A DNA stretch of 64,000 nucleotides from an uncultured delta proteobacterium (lineage in GTDB: Bacteria > Myxococcota_A > UBA9160 > UBA4427), in assembly GCA_963822965.1 (NCBI GenBank), contig CAWGJT010000014.1, positions 416,001 to 480,000 of the forward strand. The letters are read 5' to 3'. The notes beneath the pieces were generated by a model, which saw nothing but the letters and a program-made list of their open reading frames with translations, did not search any database and had not been told where the DNA came from. The position numbers and the translations under genes are program-made. Positions 1 to 9,088 of the stretch are shown piece by piece. Position 1 is the stretch's first letter. Every line of letters starts with the position of its first letter.

Positions 1-349
1 CTGAAGCGGCAGCCCCGCCCATGGTCGATGAGCGGAGATCCGCCACCTGGCGCGGGGGATCCGCCAAGGGCAACGTACTCCTGGATGGTCGCGCGACCGC
101 GTCAGCGTGCGCTCACCGCGCAGGCTTCGCAAGGGTCATCCGGGTTGCGCCGGCCCCCGGGGAAGTCCCGTGTGCCGTCGCCGCCCCGGCCTCCGAGCGC
201 GCTTCGACCGTACGCAGGGGGCGGCTTGTGACCCCGGGCACGATCCGGGGCGCCCGACGGGCGCTCCCGCACGAGGGCGCCCAAGCGTCGGCGCGCAGGA
301 TGGGCTGCTGCGGCGCCGGACGGGCGAGGCCTCGGTGCCCCCTCCGGAT

Positions 350-775
350 CTATCCCGCCTGGAGACTCGCGCCGTGGGCGGCCATCCATTCGCCCATCGC
401 CTTCTCGGCTGCGGGGTCGAAGTCGTCCCGGAGCAGGGCGATCCGATCGTCCCGGAAGCGGGCGGTCTCCAGGCCCGAGATGACGAGGTCCGGTGCGCCC
501 GACTTCGTGTAGGTCACCGTCCAACGCATGCGGAGGGTGTCGCCTTCCACGTCGGGCGTCTGGAAATCGGGCGTACGGCTGTCCATCCGGCGGTCGAACG
601 AGCCCACGCCGGTCTTGAGCTTGGCGATCACCGCGTCGCGACCGTTCGCGTCCTCCGGTCCCCCCTCGTACACCGCGTCCTCGGTGAAGAAGGGCTCGAT
701 GCGGGACCAGTCGTCGTCCTCGAAGGTTCTCTCGAATGCGTCGGCGTAGGCCAGAAAGCGCTCCAGGATGCTCAT
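350..775 (-). CDS. SnoaL-like / NTF2-family protein
   Basis: ORF from MSILERFLAYADAFE, GAGGAG RBS upstream; DDWSRIEPFFTEDAVY...GRDAVI and C-terminal ARFRDDRIALLRDDF are typical NTF2/SnoaL fold motifs. Confidence 0.75.
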   Translation of the reverse strand: MSILERFLAYADAFERTFEDDDWSRIEPFFTEDAVYEGGPEDANGRDAVIAKLKTGVGSFDRRMDSRTPDFQTPDVEGDTLRMRWTVTYTKSGAPDLVISGLETARFRDDRIALLRDDFDPAAEKAMGEWMAAHGASLQAG

Positions 776-930
776 TCTCGTCTCCTCGATACCCCCCGAT
801 CGCGGACGATAGCGTCGGGGCCGGCGGTCCGGGTGGCCTGGCGAGGGGGCCCGTCGGCCGGCCCGGAGCCCAAGTCGGAAGCGGGCGGAGGCGCTACCGT
901 CCTCCCCCGAGAGAGTTCCGGGGGGCGCCA

Positions 931-1533
931 TTGGAAGGCCTGATCGCCTGCGAGTTCTGCGACCAGCTGCATCGCGTCCACTCGCTGGCGCGCGGGGAGA
1001 AGGCCCTCTGCGTGCGCTGCGGGGGTCGGCTCTACGGGAGCAGCCGCGACTCGCTCGAGCGGACGCTGGCGCTCACCCTGGCCGCCCTGATGCTGTTCGG
1101 GGTGGCGAACTGGGCGCTCTTCCTCCACGTGTCGCTCGAGGGGCAGGCCCAGTCGAACCGAATCGTCACCGGCGTCGGCGACCTCGTCCACTTCGACTTC
1201 CACGCGCTCGCCCTGCTGATCCTCTTCACGACCTTGCTGGCGCCCCTGCTGAAGCTCCTCGCCACCCTCTACGCGGTCGTCGCGGCGATGTGGCGCAAGC
1301 GCTTACCCGGCGTCGCCCTCGCGATGCGCATGGCGGAGAGCCTGACGGTCTGGGCGATGCTCGACGTCTACCTGCTGGCGGTCATCGTGGCGGTCGTGAA
1401 GCTCTCCATGATGGCGACCGTGCACCTCGAGATGGGCAGCTATGCGTTCTTCGCGTTGATCCTCGTCTCCGCCGCCGCCAACAGCGCCCTGGAGCCGGAA
1501 GCCGTCTGGTCCAGGCTGAGGGGCGCGGCGTGA
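931..1533 (+). CDS. pqiA: Paraquat-inducible protein A (PqiA/LetA), first half
   Basis: CEFCD...CVRCG zinc-ribbon, TM helices, WAMLDVYLLAVIVAVVKL motif; probable TTG start at 931. Confidence 0.9.
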   Translation: MEGLIACEFCDQLHRVHSLARGEKALCVRCGGRLYGSSRDSLERTLALTLAALMLFGVANWALFLHVSLEGQAQSNRIVTGVGDLVHFDFHALALLILFTTLLAPLLKLLATLYAVVAAMWRKRLPGVALAMRMAESLTVWAMLDVYLLAVIVAVVKLSMMATVHLEMGSYAFFALILVSAAANSALEPEAVWSRLRGAA

Positions 1534-2186
1534 GCGCGGCTCCTGTCGCTCGCGCCCGGCCGGGCTCCGCCGCGCGTGCGAACCTCGTCCGCTGCCGGGG
1601 GTGCGAGATGCTGAGCCCGGCCGCCGCGCTCGGGCGCGACGCGAAGGTCCGCTGCAGCGGCTGCGGCACCCGGCTGCACCTGCGGAAGCCCGACTCCCTG
1701 CAGCGCTCGTGGGCCCTGCTGCTCACCGCGTACGGCTTCTACGTGCCCGCGAACCTGCTGCCGGTGATGTACGTCGGGGATCTCGGCCACTCCCAGGGGG
1801 ACACCATCCTGACCGGCGTGCAGACGATGTTCGCGGCGGGCTGGTGGGTCGTCGGCTCGCTCATCTTCTTCGCCAGCATCACAGTGCCGCTCCTCAAGCT
1901 ACTGGTGCTCACCATCCTGCTGCTCTCCGTGCATCGCCGCTCCCGCTGGCGGCCGCGGCAGCGGACCGTCCTCTATCGGATCGTCGAGGGCATCGGCCGC
2001 TGGTCGATGCTCGACATGTTCGTGGTCTCGCTGACGGTGGCGTTGGTGCAGCTGGGAGCGGTCGCCAACGTCCAGCCCGGTCCCGGAGCGACCTGGTTCG
2101 CCGGCGTGGTGGTCATCACCATGCTCGCAGCCATGAGCTTCGACCCGCGGCTCATCTGGGACTCGCTCGAGGAGGAGAACGCGTGA
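1530..2186 (+). CDS. pqiA: Paraquat-inducible protein A (PqiA/LetA), second half
   Basis: CRGC...CSGCG, RKPDSLQRSWALL, YVPANLLPVM, GRWSMLDMFVV, FDPRLIWD; GTG start overlaps upstream TGA. Confidence 0.92.
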   Translation: MSAAPVARARPGSAARANLVRCRGCEMLSPAAALGRDAKVRCSGCGTRLHLRKPDSLQRSWALLLTAYGFYVPANLLPVMYVGDLGHSQGDTILTGVQTMFAAGWWVVGSLIFFASITVPLLKLLVLTILLLSVHRRSRWRPRQRTVLYRIVEGIGRWSMLDMFVVSLTVALVQLGAVANVQPGPGATWFAGVVVITMLAAMSFDPRLIWDSLEEENA

Positions 2187-3649
2187 CGGAATCACAGGCG
2201 CCGCCCACCGGAGAGGAGCACCCCGAGCCCGTCGTCCGACGGGGGCGAGCCGTCTCCATCGTCTGGCTGATTCCCGTCGTGGCGGCCATCGTCGGGGGCT
2301 ACGTGGGCTACGACGCCTACGAGAACCGGGGCGAGAAGATCACCATCGAGTTTCCCACGGCCGAGTGGATCGACGCCGGCAAGACCAAGATCCGCTACCG
2401 GTCGGTCGAGATCGGGAGCGTCGACAAGGTCGTGCTCGACCCGGAGGACAACGCGGTCGAGGTCCACTGCACCGTCGTCAAGGACGCCCGGGCGCAGCTG
2501 GTCAAGGGCACCGACTTCTGGGTCGTCCACCCGCGCGTGGGGGCCGCAGGGATCAGCGGTCTCGGGACCATCCTGTCCGGCGCGTACATCACCCTGCGCC
2601 CCGGTCCGGCCGACGGCCCACCCGAACGGGACTTCACCGGGCTCGACGCCCCGCCCCTCGAGCCCCCCGACGCGCCCGGCCTCAGGGTCGATCTCCACGC
2701 CGACAAGCTCTACTCCCTCGGCATCGGCTCTCCCGTCTACTTCCGTCAGATCCAGGTGGGGTCGGTCGAGCGGCACGAGCTCGACAAGGACGGCACCGGC
2801 GTCCGCATCCAGCTGTATTTCCCCAAGGAGCATGCGGACCTCCTGCGCGAGGACAGCCGTTTCTGGAATGCCGGCGGGATCCAGGTTCTCGGTGGGCTCG
2901 GGCACCTGGACGTGCAGGTCGAATCGCTGGACTCGATCCTGTCCGGAGGAATCGCGTTCGACTCGCCCGCGGGCGAGGGCTCACCTCCCGCGAAGGCGGG
3001 CGCGCACTTCTGGCTCCACCCGTCGAGCGCGGATCTCGACACCTATCCCATGCGCTACGGCGGCTTGCGCGTCTTCGTCGAAGGCGCCCGGCTGGGCTCG
3101 CTCGCCGTGGACGACCCGGTCTTCTACCGCGAGCTTCCCGTCGGTGCGGTGATCTCCAAGCAGCTCGACAAGGACTCGCGGCGCGTGCGCATCGGCCTGA
3201 ACATCGAGCCGCGCTACGAGACGCTGGTTCGCAGCAACTCGGTCTTCTGGAACGCCAGCGGAATCTCCGCCCACCTCGGCTGGCACGGCCTCGAGGTCCA
3301 TACGGAATCCGTGGGGTCGATCCTGAGGGGCGGTGTGGCCTTCGCGACCCCGGACCCGCCGGGCGATCGGGTGAAGGCGGGCTCGGTCTTCCTGTTGCAC
3401 GAGGACGTCAAGGACGAGTGGCTCGCCTGGAAGCCGCTCCTCTGGCGGGGGCCGCCCGGCGAGGCCCCGGTGGAGGCGGCCAAGAAGAGCAGTGGGGAAT
3501 CGCGGCTGGCCCGCTTCTTCCACTACGGCGGCAAGGACGAGAAGGCCGCCAAGCAGGACGAAGAGCCGAGCAAGGACGCGACCCAGGCGTCCGCCGTCGA
3601 GGCGAAGCGCCACGATTTCTTCCACCGCCTCTTCCACGGCGGCCACTGA
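2183..3649 (+). CDS. pqiB: PqiB/LetB-family MCE (MlaD) domain protein, three MCE domains
   Basis: N-terminal VWLIPVVAA TM anchor; FWVVHPRV...GLGTILSGAYI; two GSPVYFRQIQVG / DPVFYRELPVG...FWNASG units. Confidence 0.88.
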   Translation: MTESQAPPTGEEHPEPVVRRGRAVSIVWLIPVVAAIVGGYVGYDAYENRGEKITIEFPTAEWIDAGKTKIRYRSVEIGSVDKVVLDPEDNAVEVHCTVVKDARAQLVKGTDFWVVHPRVGAAGISGLGTILSGAYITLRPGPADGPPERDFTGLDAPPLEPPDAPGLRVDLHADKLYSLGIGSPVYFRQIQVGSVERHELDKDGTGVRIQLYFPKEHADLLREDSRFWNAGGIQVLGGLGHLDVQVESLDSILSGGIAFDSPAGEGSPPAKAGAHFWLHPSSADLDTYPMRYGGLRVFVEGARLGSLAVDDPVFYRELPVGAVISKQLDKDSRRVRIGLNIEPRYETLVRSNSVFWNASGISAHLGWHGLEVHTESVGSILRGGVAFATPDPPGDRVKAGSVFLLHEDVKDEWLAWKPLLWRGPPGEAPVEAAKKSSGESRLARFFHYGGKDEKAAKQDEEPSKDATQASAVEAKRHDFFHRLFHGGH

Positions 3650-3694
3650 GGCGCCCGGGGCGCGGGCGAGCCGGAGGGAGCGTTCGGGTGCAGA

Positions 3695-3712
3695 GCGGCC
3701 CTTCCGGGCCGC
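3695..3712. terminator. GC hairpin between convergent genes (possible bidirectional terminator)
   Basis: GCGGCCC-TTCC-GGGCCGC perfect 7-bp stem; no U-tract. Confidence 0.4.
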
Positions 3713-3716
3713 GACG

Positions 3717-4541
3717 TCACTTCGTCCGCACGGGCAGCTCGGAGAGCACCTTCACGGTCTTCTCGTTGGAGTGGTAGACGAAGAGCGCCGAGATGTTCAT
3801 CGCCTCGATCTCGGCCACTTTGCCCACGCCCCCGGCGTAGAAGGCGTAGATCGTGTCCTTGACGTTCGCGGGCCCGATGTGGACCTCGAAGTCGTTGCGG
3901 ATGAGCGAGGCGGGCCAGGTGCCCGCCGGCGTCGTCACCTGGTAGGCCCCCACGTAGGTCAGCCGCGTGGTGATCTTGCCGGTGTACTCGATCTTGTCCG
4001 GGTCCTTCATCTTGAAGGCGCGGATCTGGCTCTCGATCGTCTTCGTCTCTCCCGGCTTCATGCCGACCGGCACCAGGACGCCGGGGACGATGTCGGCGCC
4101 GTAGCCGACGTCGATGTCGTCCTCCGCATACTTGACGAAGCTTCCGTCCGGGTGCATGCGCACGTACTCGTTGTACTCGTCGCCGATGGCGCGCTTCCAG
4201 GCCTTGTCGCCCGTCGAATCGGGGATGGCGGTGTACGACTCGACCCGGACGTTCTTGCCGTCCTTGCCGGAGACGATCTTGTACTTCCATTGCCCCGGTC
4301 CGATGTTGAGGTAGTGCTCCAGGTCTTCGAGCGGAGGCGCCGGGACGGCCTTGCCCACGACTCCTTCTCCGAAGACCTCGAGATCCTTGGCGACGTCGGG
4401 AGGCAGCGGAATGATCGGGCCCGCCTTCGTGCTCGCGTCGGGCGCCGCCAGCGCCGCTCCGGCGAACGAGACCCAGATGAGCAGAAGGGCGCTCGAGCCC
4501 ACGCGCCAGGTCGTCGTCTTCGTGTCGCCAGTGAAACCCAT
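3717..4541 (-). CDS. Secreted hypothetical protein (PAG...YAxGVG beta-rich family)
   Basis: Genome-typical codon usage, GGAGG RBS before ATG 4541, signal peptide (FAGAALA-A), C-terminal VTTPAGTW...YAFYAGGVGKV. Confidence 0.75.
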   Translation of the reverse strand: MGFTGDTKTTTWRVGSSALLLIWVSFAGAALAAPDASTKAGPIIPLPPDVAKDLEVFGEGVVGKAVPAPPLEDLEHYLNIGPGQWKYKIVSGKDGKNVRVESYTAIPDSTGDKAWKRAIGDEYNEYVRMHPDGSFVKYAEDDIDVGYGADIVPGVLVPVGMKPGETKTIESQIRAFKMKDPDKIEYTGKITTRLTYVGAYQVTTPAGTWPASLIRNDFEVHIGPANVKDTIYAFYAGGVGKVAEIEAMNISALFVYHSNEKTVKVLSELPVRTK

Positions 4542-4611
4542 CGTCATCCTCCAAGGCCGGCCGCACGGGCCGTTTCGAGCTCTCGTCCACATCCAGCGCC
4601 GCAAGGTTCAG

Positions 4612-7203
4612 CTAGCGCCGACCTCCGCGACCGCCGCCGAAGCCGCCTCCCCCGAAGCCGCCCCGACCTCCGCCGAAGCCTCCGCCGCCTTCCCCGAAGC
4701 GATCTCCGAAGCCCCCTCCGCCAAAGCGGCCGCCGAAGCCGCCGCCCCCGAAGCCTCCCGCACCGCCGCCAAGGCCGCCCGCGCCGCCGCCGACGCCCCC
4801 GCCCTGGAAGCTGCCCGCCCGGCTCTGACCCTGGCTGCGCGCCTGCTGCTCGGCATCGGCCCAGGACGTGTCCCCGGCCGCGCTCTTCCAGCCGCCACCC
4901 GCATTCTGCTGCCAGCTGCCGCCCTCGTTCCTGAAGACCTGACCGTCGGCGCTGGCGTAGTGGTCGTTGCCGCCTGAGCCCGAGTTGAAGCCGCCGGAGC
5001 CCGATTTGAAAGTATGGGTCTGGCCCGTGTTCGCGTTGTCGACCGTGGTCGAGCGCTGGACCGAGGCTCCCTGGGCACCCCAGGACGCGTCCACGTCGCG
5101 ACTCACGGAGCTGCCGCCCGGTCCCTTGGCGGCCGCGCTGGAGGTGTAGCCGCGCTCTCCCGTCTTCGCGTCGTAGGTGCCCTCGCGGGTCACGTTCCCG
5201 GTCGTGCCGCCCGCGGTGTCGAAGGAGCGGTGGTAGCCGCGCTGCGCCTGCCCCGTATAGGGGTTGACGCTGCGGTTGGCCGAGTAGGTGCCGGTGGTGC
5301 CCGTGCGGTAGTTCGTATACGAGCCGGTCGCCTTCTCTCCCACGGTGCCCGAGGAATTCTCGTACACGGTGCGCGTGCCCGCCGTCACCGTGTTGCCCCA
5401 GTGCCCGTAGACGTTGGCGCTTGCCGCTGCGCAGCATCCGTAGCCGTGGTAGTAGGAGGTGTAGTAGGCCGGGTAGGCCCAGGCGTCCATCATGGCCGCG
5501 GTCGTCAGGCCGAGGGCGAAGCCGTAGGTCCAGCCCGTCGCCGGGTTGTAGACGGGCTGCGCCTCGATGCTCCAGGTCGAAGGCGGCGCGTAGTAGACGC
5601 TGCCGATCCAGGGGTCGTAGGTGTAGCCGGTCCCGTACACCACGACGCCGTCGGCGTCCACGGCGGTTCCCAGGTAGCCCGGCGAGTAGCCCTCGTAGAC
5701 GACCCCGGGTCCCGACCCGTAGATCTGCACGTAGGTCACGTAGTGCAGGGGCGAGCTGGTGGGGATGGTGTAGATCACGGCCGGTACCGTCGACGCGACC
5801 GTCCACGGGCCCTCGGCGGCCGTGGCGACGAACCAGACGCCGGCCCGCAGCGCGTACCAGGTGTTCTCGTCGACGCGGATCGTCGGCGTGGCCGCGTTCA
5901 CCACGTAGTGGAGCGGTGTGCCCTGGATCGGCGCGAGCTTCGGCGCGCCGTCGTAGACCGGCGTGAAGGTGGGGCCGTTCTCGAGGGAGACGGTCGCCGT
6001 CTGCGGAATCGAGTTCTCGATCAGGGCTTCCTTCGCCTGGGGCGTGCCGGCCACGGAGGCCAGCACGAGCCCGGCGGGCGAGCCGGGAGGGATCTTGCGG
6101 AAGTCCGGCGGCAGGTCGCGGCTCGCCACGTACTTCCACGGTCCGTCGAGGGTCGCTCCGGTGTACCAACGACCCGCGAGTAGCACGAAGTAGTCGTTGT
6201 CCGTCGTGTCGACGAGCACGTCGGCGGTCGTGTTGCTGGCCCACAGCAGGTTCGTGTCGGTGACCGGCTGGAGATCGGGCTGGCCCTTGAAGACGATCAG
6301 CTCCGCGGGCTTCGTGCTGGTGTAGATCGTGGGGGCGCCGTTCTCGAGGGACGGCTTCGGCTTCACGTGGTCTCCGTCGAGGGCGTCCACCTGTCCCTGC
6401 TTGACCAGGCCGGCCAGCACGTCGTCGAGGCCCGGCGGGACGATGAGGGGCTCCGTCCAGGGTCCGGCGAGGGAGTTCGTCGAGAGCCAGCCGTCGTAGA
6501 CGTGCAGGTAGAGGGCATTCTCTCCGGTCTTCCGCAGGATGGCGGCCCGCGTGTTGAGCACGCGCTCGAAGTCGCTGTCGGGAATGCGTCGCCAGACGGG
6601 ATCGCCGCTGATGGGGATGAGGATGGCGGGGCTGTAGCTCACCAGGATGTGGGGCGGCGCGTTCCGTACCTCGACGGAGCTGGCCTTCAGGACGCCCGCC
6701 GCGGTGAGCGACGCCTCGAGCCGATCGAGCGAGACCGTCTGCACGTTCTTCGCCACCTGCTTCTGCAGCTCGCCGCGATACGCGGCTCCCTCGTCTCGAA
6801 GGGTCGGGAAGGTGCTGCGCGACAGGGTCACGTCTTCGAGGGTCACACTGCGGGTCACGCGGTCCACCTGCGTTCGTGCCTGCCCCCAGATCACGCCGAA
6901 GATCTCGTCCTTGGCGCCGGTCGGCAGGACGGCGACCGCGCAGCGGAAGAAGAGCTGGTTTCCCTTCCAGTCCTCCACCTGCGGCTGGTAGACGGTCAGC
7001 CGGGCGTCGGCGAGCTGGAAGGCGCGCGGCCAGGGGCTGGGATTCGCGGATGCCGGCGGCGGGGTCGGTGCGGGTGCCGGCGCGGGCTCTGCGGAGACGG
7101 GCCCGGGCGATACGGGATCCATCTCGGTGGGCACCGCGTCGGCTTGCGCGCAGCCCCCGAGCACCAACGCGGCGATCAGGCTCGCCGCAGCGAAAATGTT
7201 CAT
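4612..7203 (-). CDS. Large lipoprotein of the kind often annotated 'carbohydrate-binding family V/XII protein', with Gly-rich tail
   Basis: Lipobox LVLGGC; WPR...VYQPQVEDW start; repeated aromatic units (GRWYT..LDGPW, GVWFVAT..GPW, IYTIPTSSPLHYVTYV); GGGGF/GGR tail. Confidence 0.75.
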   Translation of the reverse strand: MNIFAAASLIAALVLGGCAQADAVPTEMDPVSPGPVSAEPAPAPAPTPPPASANPSPWPRAFQLADARLTVYQPQVEDWKGNQLFFRCAVAVLPTGAKDEIFGVIWGQARTQVDRVTRSVTLEDVTLSRSTFPTLRDEGAAYRGELQKQVAKNVQTVSLDRLEASLTAAGVLKASSVEVRNAPPHILVSYSPAILIPISGDPVWRRIPDSDFERVLNTRAAILRKTGENALYLHVYDGWLSTNSLAGPWTEPLIVPPGLDDVLAGLVKQGQVDALDGDHVKPKPSLENGAPTIYTSTKPAELIVFKGQPDLQPVTDTNLLWASNTTADVLVDTTDNDYFVLLAGRWYTGATLDGPWKYVASRDLPPDFRKIPPGSPAGLVLASVAGTPQAKEALIENSIPQTATVSLENGPTFTPVYDGAPKLAPIQGTPLHYVVNAATPTIRVDENTWYALRAGVWFVATAAEGPWTVASTVPAVIYTIPTSSPLHYVTYVQIYGSGPGVVYEGYSPGYLGTAVDADGVVVYGTGYTYDPWIGSVYYAPPSTWSIEAQPVYNPATGWTYGFALGLTTAAMMDAWAYPAYYTSYYHGYGCCAAASANVYGHWGNTVTAGTRTVYENSSGTVGEKATGSYTNYRTGTTGTYSANRSVNPYTGQAQRGYHRSFDTAGGTTGNVTREGTYDAKTGERGYTSSAAAKGPGGSSVSRDVDASWGAQGASVQRSTTVDNANTGQTHTFKSGSGGFNSGSGGNDHYASADGQVFRNEGGSWQQNAGGGWKSAAGDTSWADAEQQARSQGQSRAGSFQGGGVGGGAGGLGGGAGGFGGGGFGGRFGGGGFGDRFGEGGGGFGGGRGGFGGGGFGGGRGGRR

Positions 7204-7434
7204 CTTGCCCCCCTGGCCACGCTCCGTGGCAGCCTCCCGAGGGCGATGGTGCTCGACCGCGAACCGCCGGCCCCCGAAAGGGGTGCATGGTAGGTCGGCG
7301 GCGACCCGTTGGGCAGCGGGCGCTGCCGTGGCGCGGCGCTGCCCGCGCCGTCGGCGACAGGCTGCTGCCCCGGGCCGAGCCTCTGCCGTCATCGCGACGT
7401 CCCGTTTTCGGTCCGGCAGCCGCTGGCGCACGGC

Positions 7435-8913
7435 TCAGGGCCGACCGACGGACAGCTTGCCGCGGCCGTCGATGCGTCCCTTCCTGCCGCAGAACTCCTC
7501 GCGCATCATGGCCTCCAGCAGCGCGGGCTCCCGGGTCGTCGCCCAGGTCCGCCTTCCGTCTTGCGTCAGGCACGCCGCATGGGCGAGATGTGGCTCACCC
7601 TTCCGGTGGGCCACCGTGTACGCCTCGAGGCCCACGGGGCCCTGCCAGTCGACCAGGGCCTCGCGGCGAGGGAATGCGTCGGCCTGCTGCTGCAGGCTCT
7701 CCCAGCGGAATCCTTCCGCCGGCGGCTCCGTCGAGTAGATCCCGAAGGCGTGCTTGGCGAGCCAGCCGCCGTTGCCGTGCACCAGCCCCATCGAGCCCCG
7801 CTTCTCCCGCACGACTTCCGTCATGCGCGCCACCGCGTGCAGCGTGTAGCTGTTGAGCGGGCCGCCCCCGAACGTGAGTCCCCCCGTGACGGTGAGCGGC
7901 CGGCCTTCGGGAACGCCGAGCTCCGCCGCCGCGACCTGCACCGCGGAGGGAAAGCAGCTGTAGAGATCCAGGTGGTCGATCCGATCCAGGGTCCTTCCCG
8001 CGAGCTCGAGGACGCGCGCGCCCGCGATGCGCACCGCGGGCGAGCGGTGCAGCTCGTAGCGGGTGGACAGGAACTCGCTGTCGTTCGCCTCCGTGGCCGC
8101 CTGCGGGAAGACGAGCTTCTCTGCCGGCACGCCGGCGCGGCGTGCGGCGCCCTGCGAGCAGACGATGACCGCGGCCGCCATGTCCACCCGGGCGTTGGCG
8201 TTCAGGAGCCGCGTGTAGGGGTACGAGATCATCGGGTTGTCGGGCGAAGCCCGGCCGATCTCCTCGGCCGAGCAGGGCCGGCGGATCCACGCGTGGGGAT
8301 TGTCGCAGGCCACCGCGTTGAAGCCCGCCCACAGCGCCGCGATCCGTCGAGCGTGTGCGTCGAGAGGCTCCCCCCTGGCGAAGCGGATCGCGCTCTCGAT
8401 CACGGCGAAGACGTCGCTCGCGCTGTTCATCCCGCGCGCGAGCTCGGCTTCGTGGAAGATCGCCTTGTCCTCGGCGATCCGCCGATCCGGGCTGCCGGGC
8501 ACCTCGCTCTCCCGCAGCTCGATGCCCTGCCGCTGGGCCTGTCCCTGGCTGCGGCCGTTCTCGGCTCCGACGACGAGGGCGACGTCGAGACGGCCTGCCT
8601 GGACCTCGCGTGCGGCGTCGATCACACAGGCGTGGGCGAAGTTGCCGCCGTACGGGGTGCCCACGGTCTCTCGGGGCGCCGCACCGAGCCGACGTCCGAT
8701 CTCGCGGCCGGGATCGCCGTAGCGCCACGCGCCGCGGACCACGTAGATCGAATCCGCCCGCTGCAGCAGCCCCGGCGCGCCGGCGTCCTCCCCCGCCTGT
8801 TGCAGCGCGGTGACCATCATCTCGAGGGGCTCGGCCGCCGTCCGGGGATCGTCCTCCCGCTGCAGCCACTGGCCGACGCCGGCGATGACGGGTGCGGACT
8901 CCTCGGTTCCCAT
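7435..8913 (-). CDS. Thiolase-like (acetyl-CoA acetyltransferase family) protein
   Basis: PVIAGVGQ start, EPLEMM, DLYSCFPSAVQ, TVTGGLTFGGGPLNSYTLHA, KHAFGIYS. Confidence 0.8.
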   Translation of the reverse strand: MGTEESAPVIAGVGQWLQREDDPRTAAEPLEMMVTALQQAGEDAGAPGLLQRADSIYVVRGAWRYGDPGREIGRRLGAAPRETVGTPYGGNFAHACVIDAAREVQAGRLDVALVVGAENGRSQGQAQRQGIELRESEVPGSPDRRIAEDKAIFHEAELARGMNSASDVFAVIESAIRFARGEPLDAHARRIAALWAGFNAVACDNPHAWIRRPCSAEEIGRASPDNPMISYPYTRLLNANARVDMAAAVIVCSQGAARRAGVPAEKLVFPQAATEANDSEFLSTRYELHRSPAVRIAGARVLELAGRTLDRIDHLDLYSCFPSAVQVAAAELGVPEGRPLTVTGGLTFGGGPLNSYTLHAVARMTEVVREKRGSMGLVHGNGGWLAKHAFGIYSTEPPAEGFRWESLQQQADAFPRREALVDWQGPVGLEAYTVAHRKGEPHLAHAACLTQDGRRTWATTREPALLEAMMREEFCGRKGRIDGRGKLSVGRP

Positions 8914-9088
8914 GGTCTTTCCTCGGTCTTCCCTCACGCGGAGCCCCTGGCGTTCCCCGGTACGGATGGGCACGCGGGCGAGCCCCCGCCGCGATCGACA
9001 GGCAACCCCTGGAACGGAACAGTAGTTTCGCTGGACTCGCTGCGCGATGGGCGACTACTCTCGACCCCCACGCCTTCCGGGGAGACGC

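Noticed and set aside
1..349. Possible gene start or riboswitch at the window edge
   Set aside because: No recognisable protein motif or RNA family signature; GC stems alone are not evidence
4615..4800. GCC-rich repeats as a separate element, or the plus-strand Ala-rich ORF 4351-4977
   Set aside because: Explained by the Gly-rich tail of the minus-strand lipoprotein
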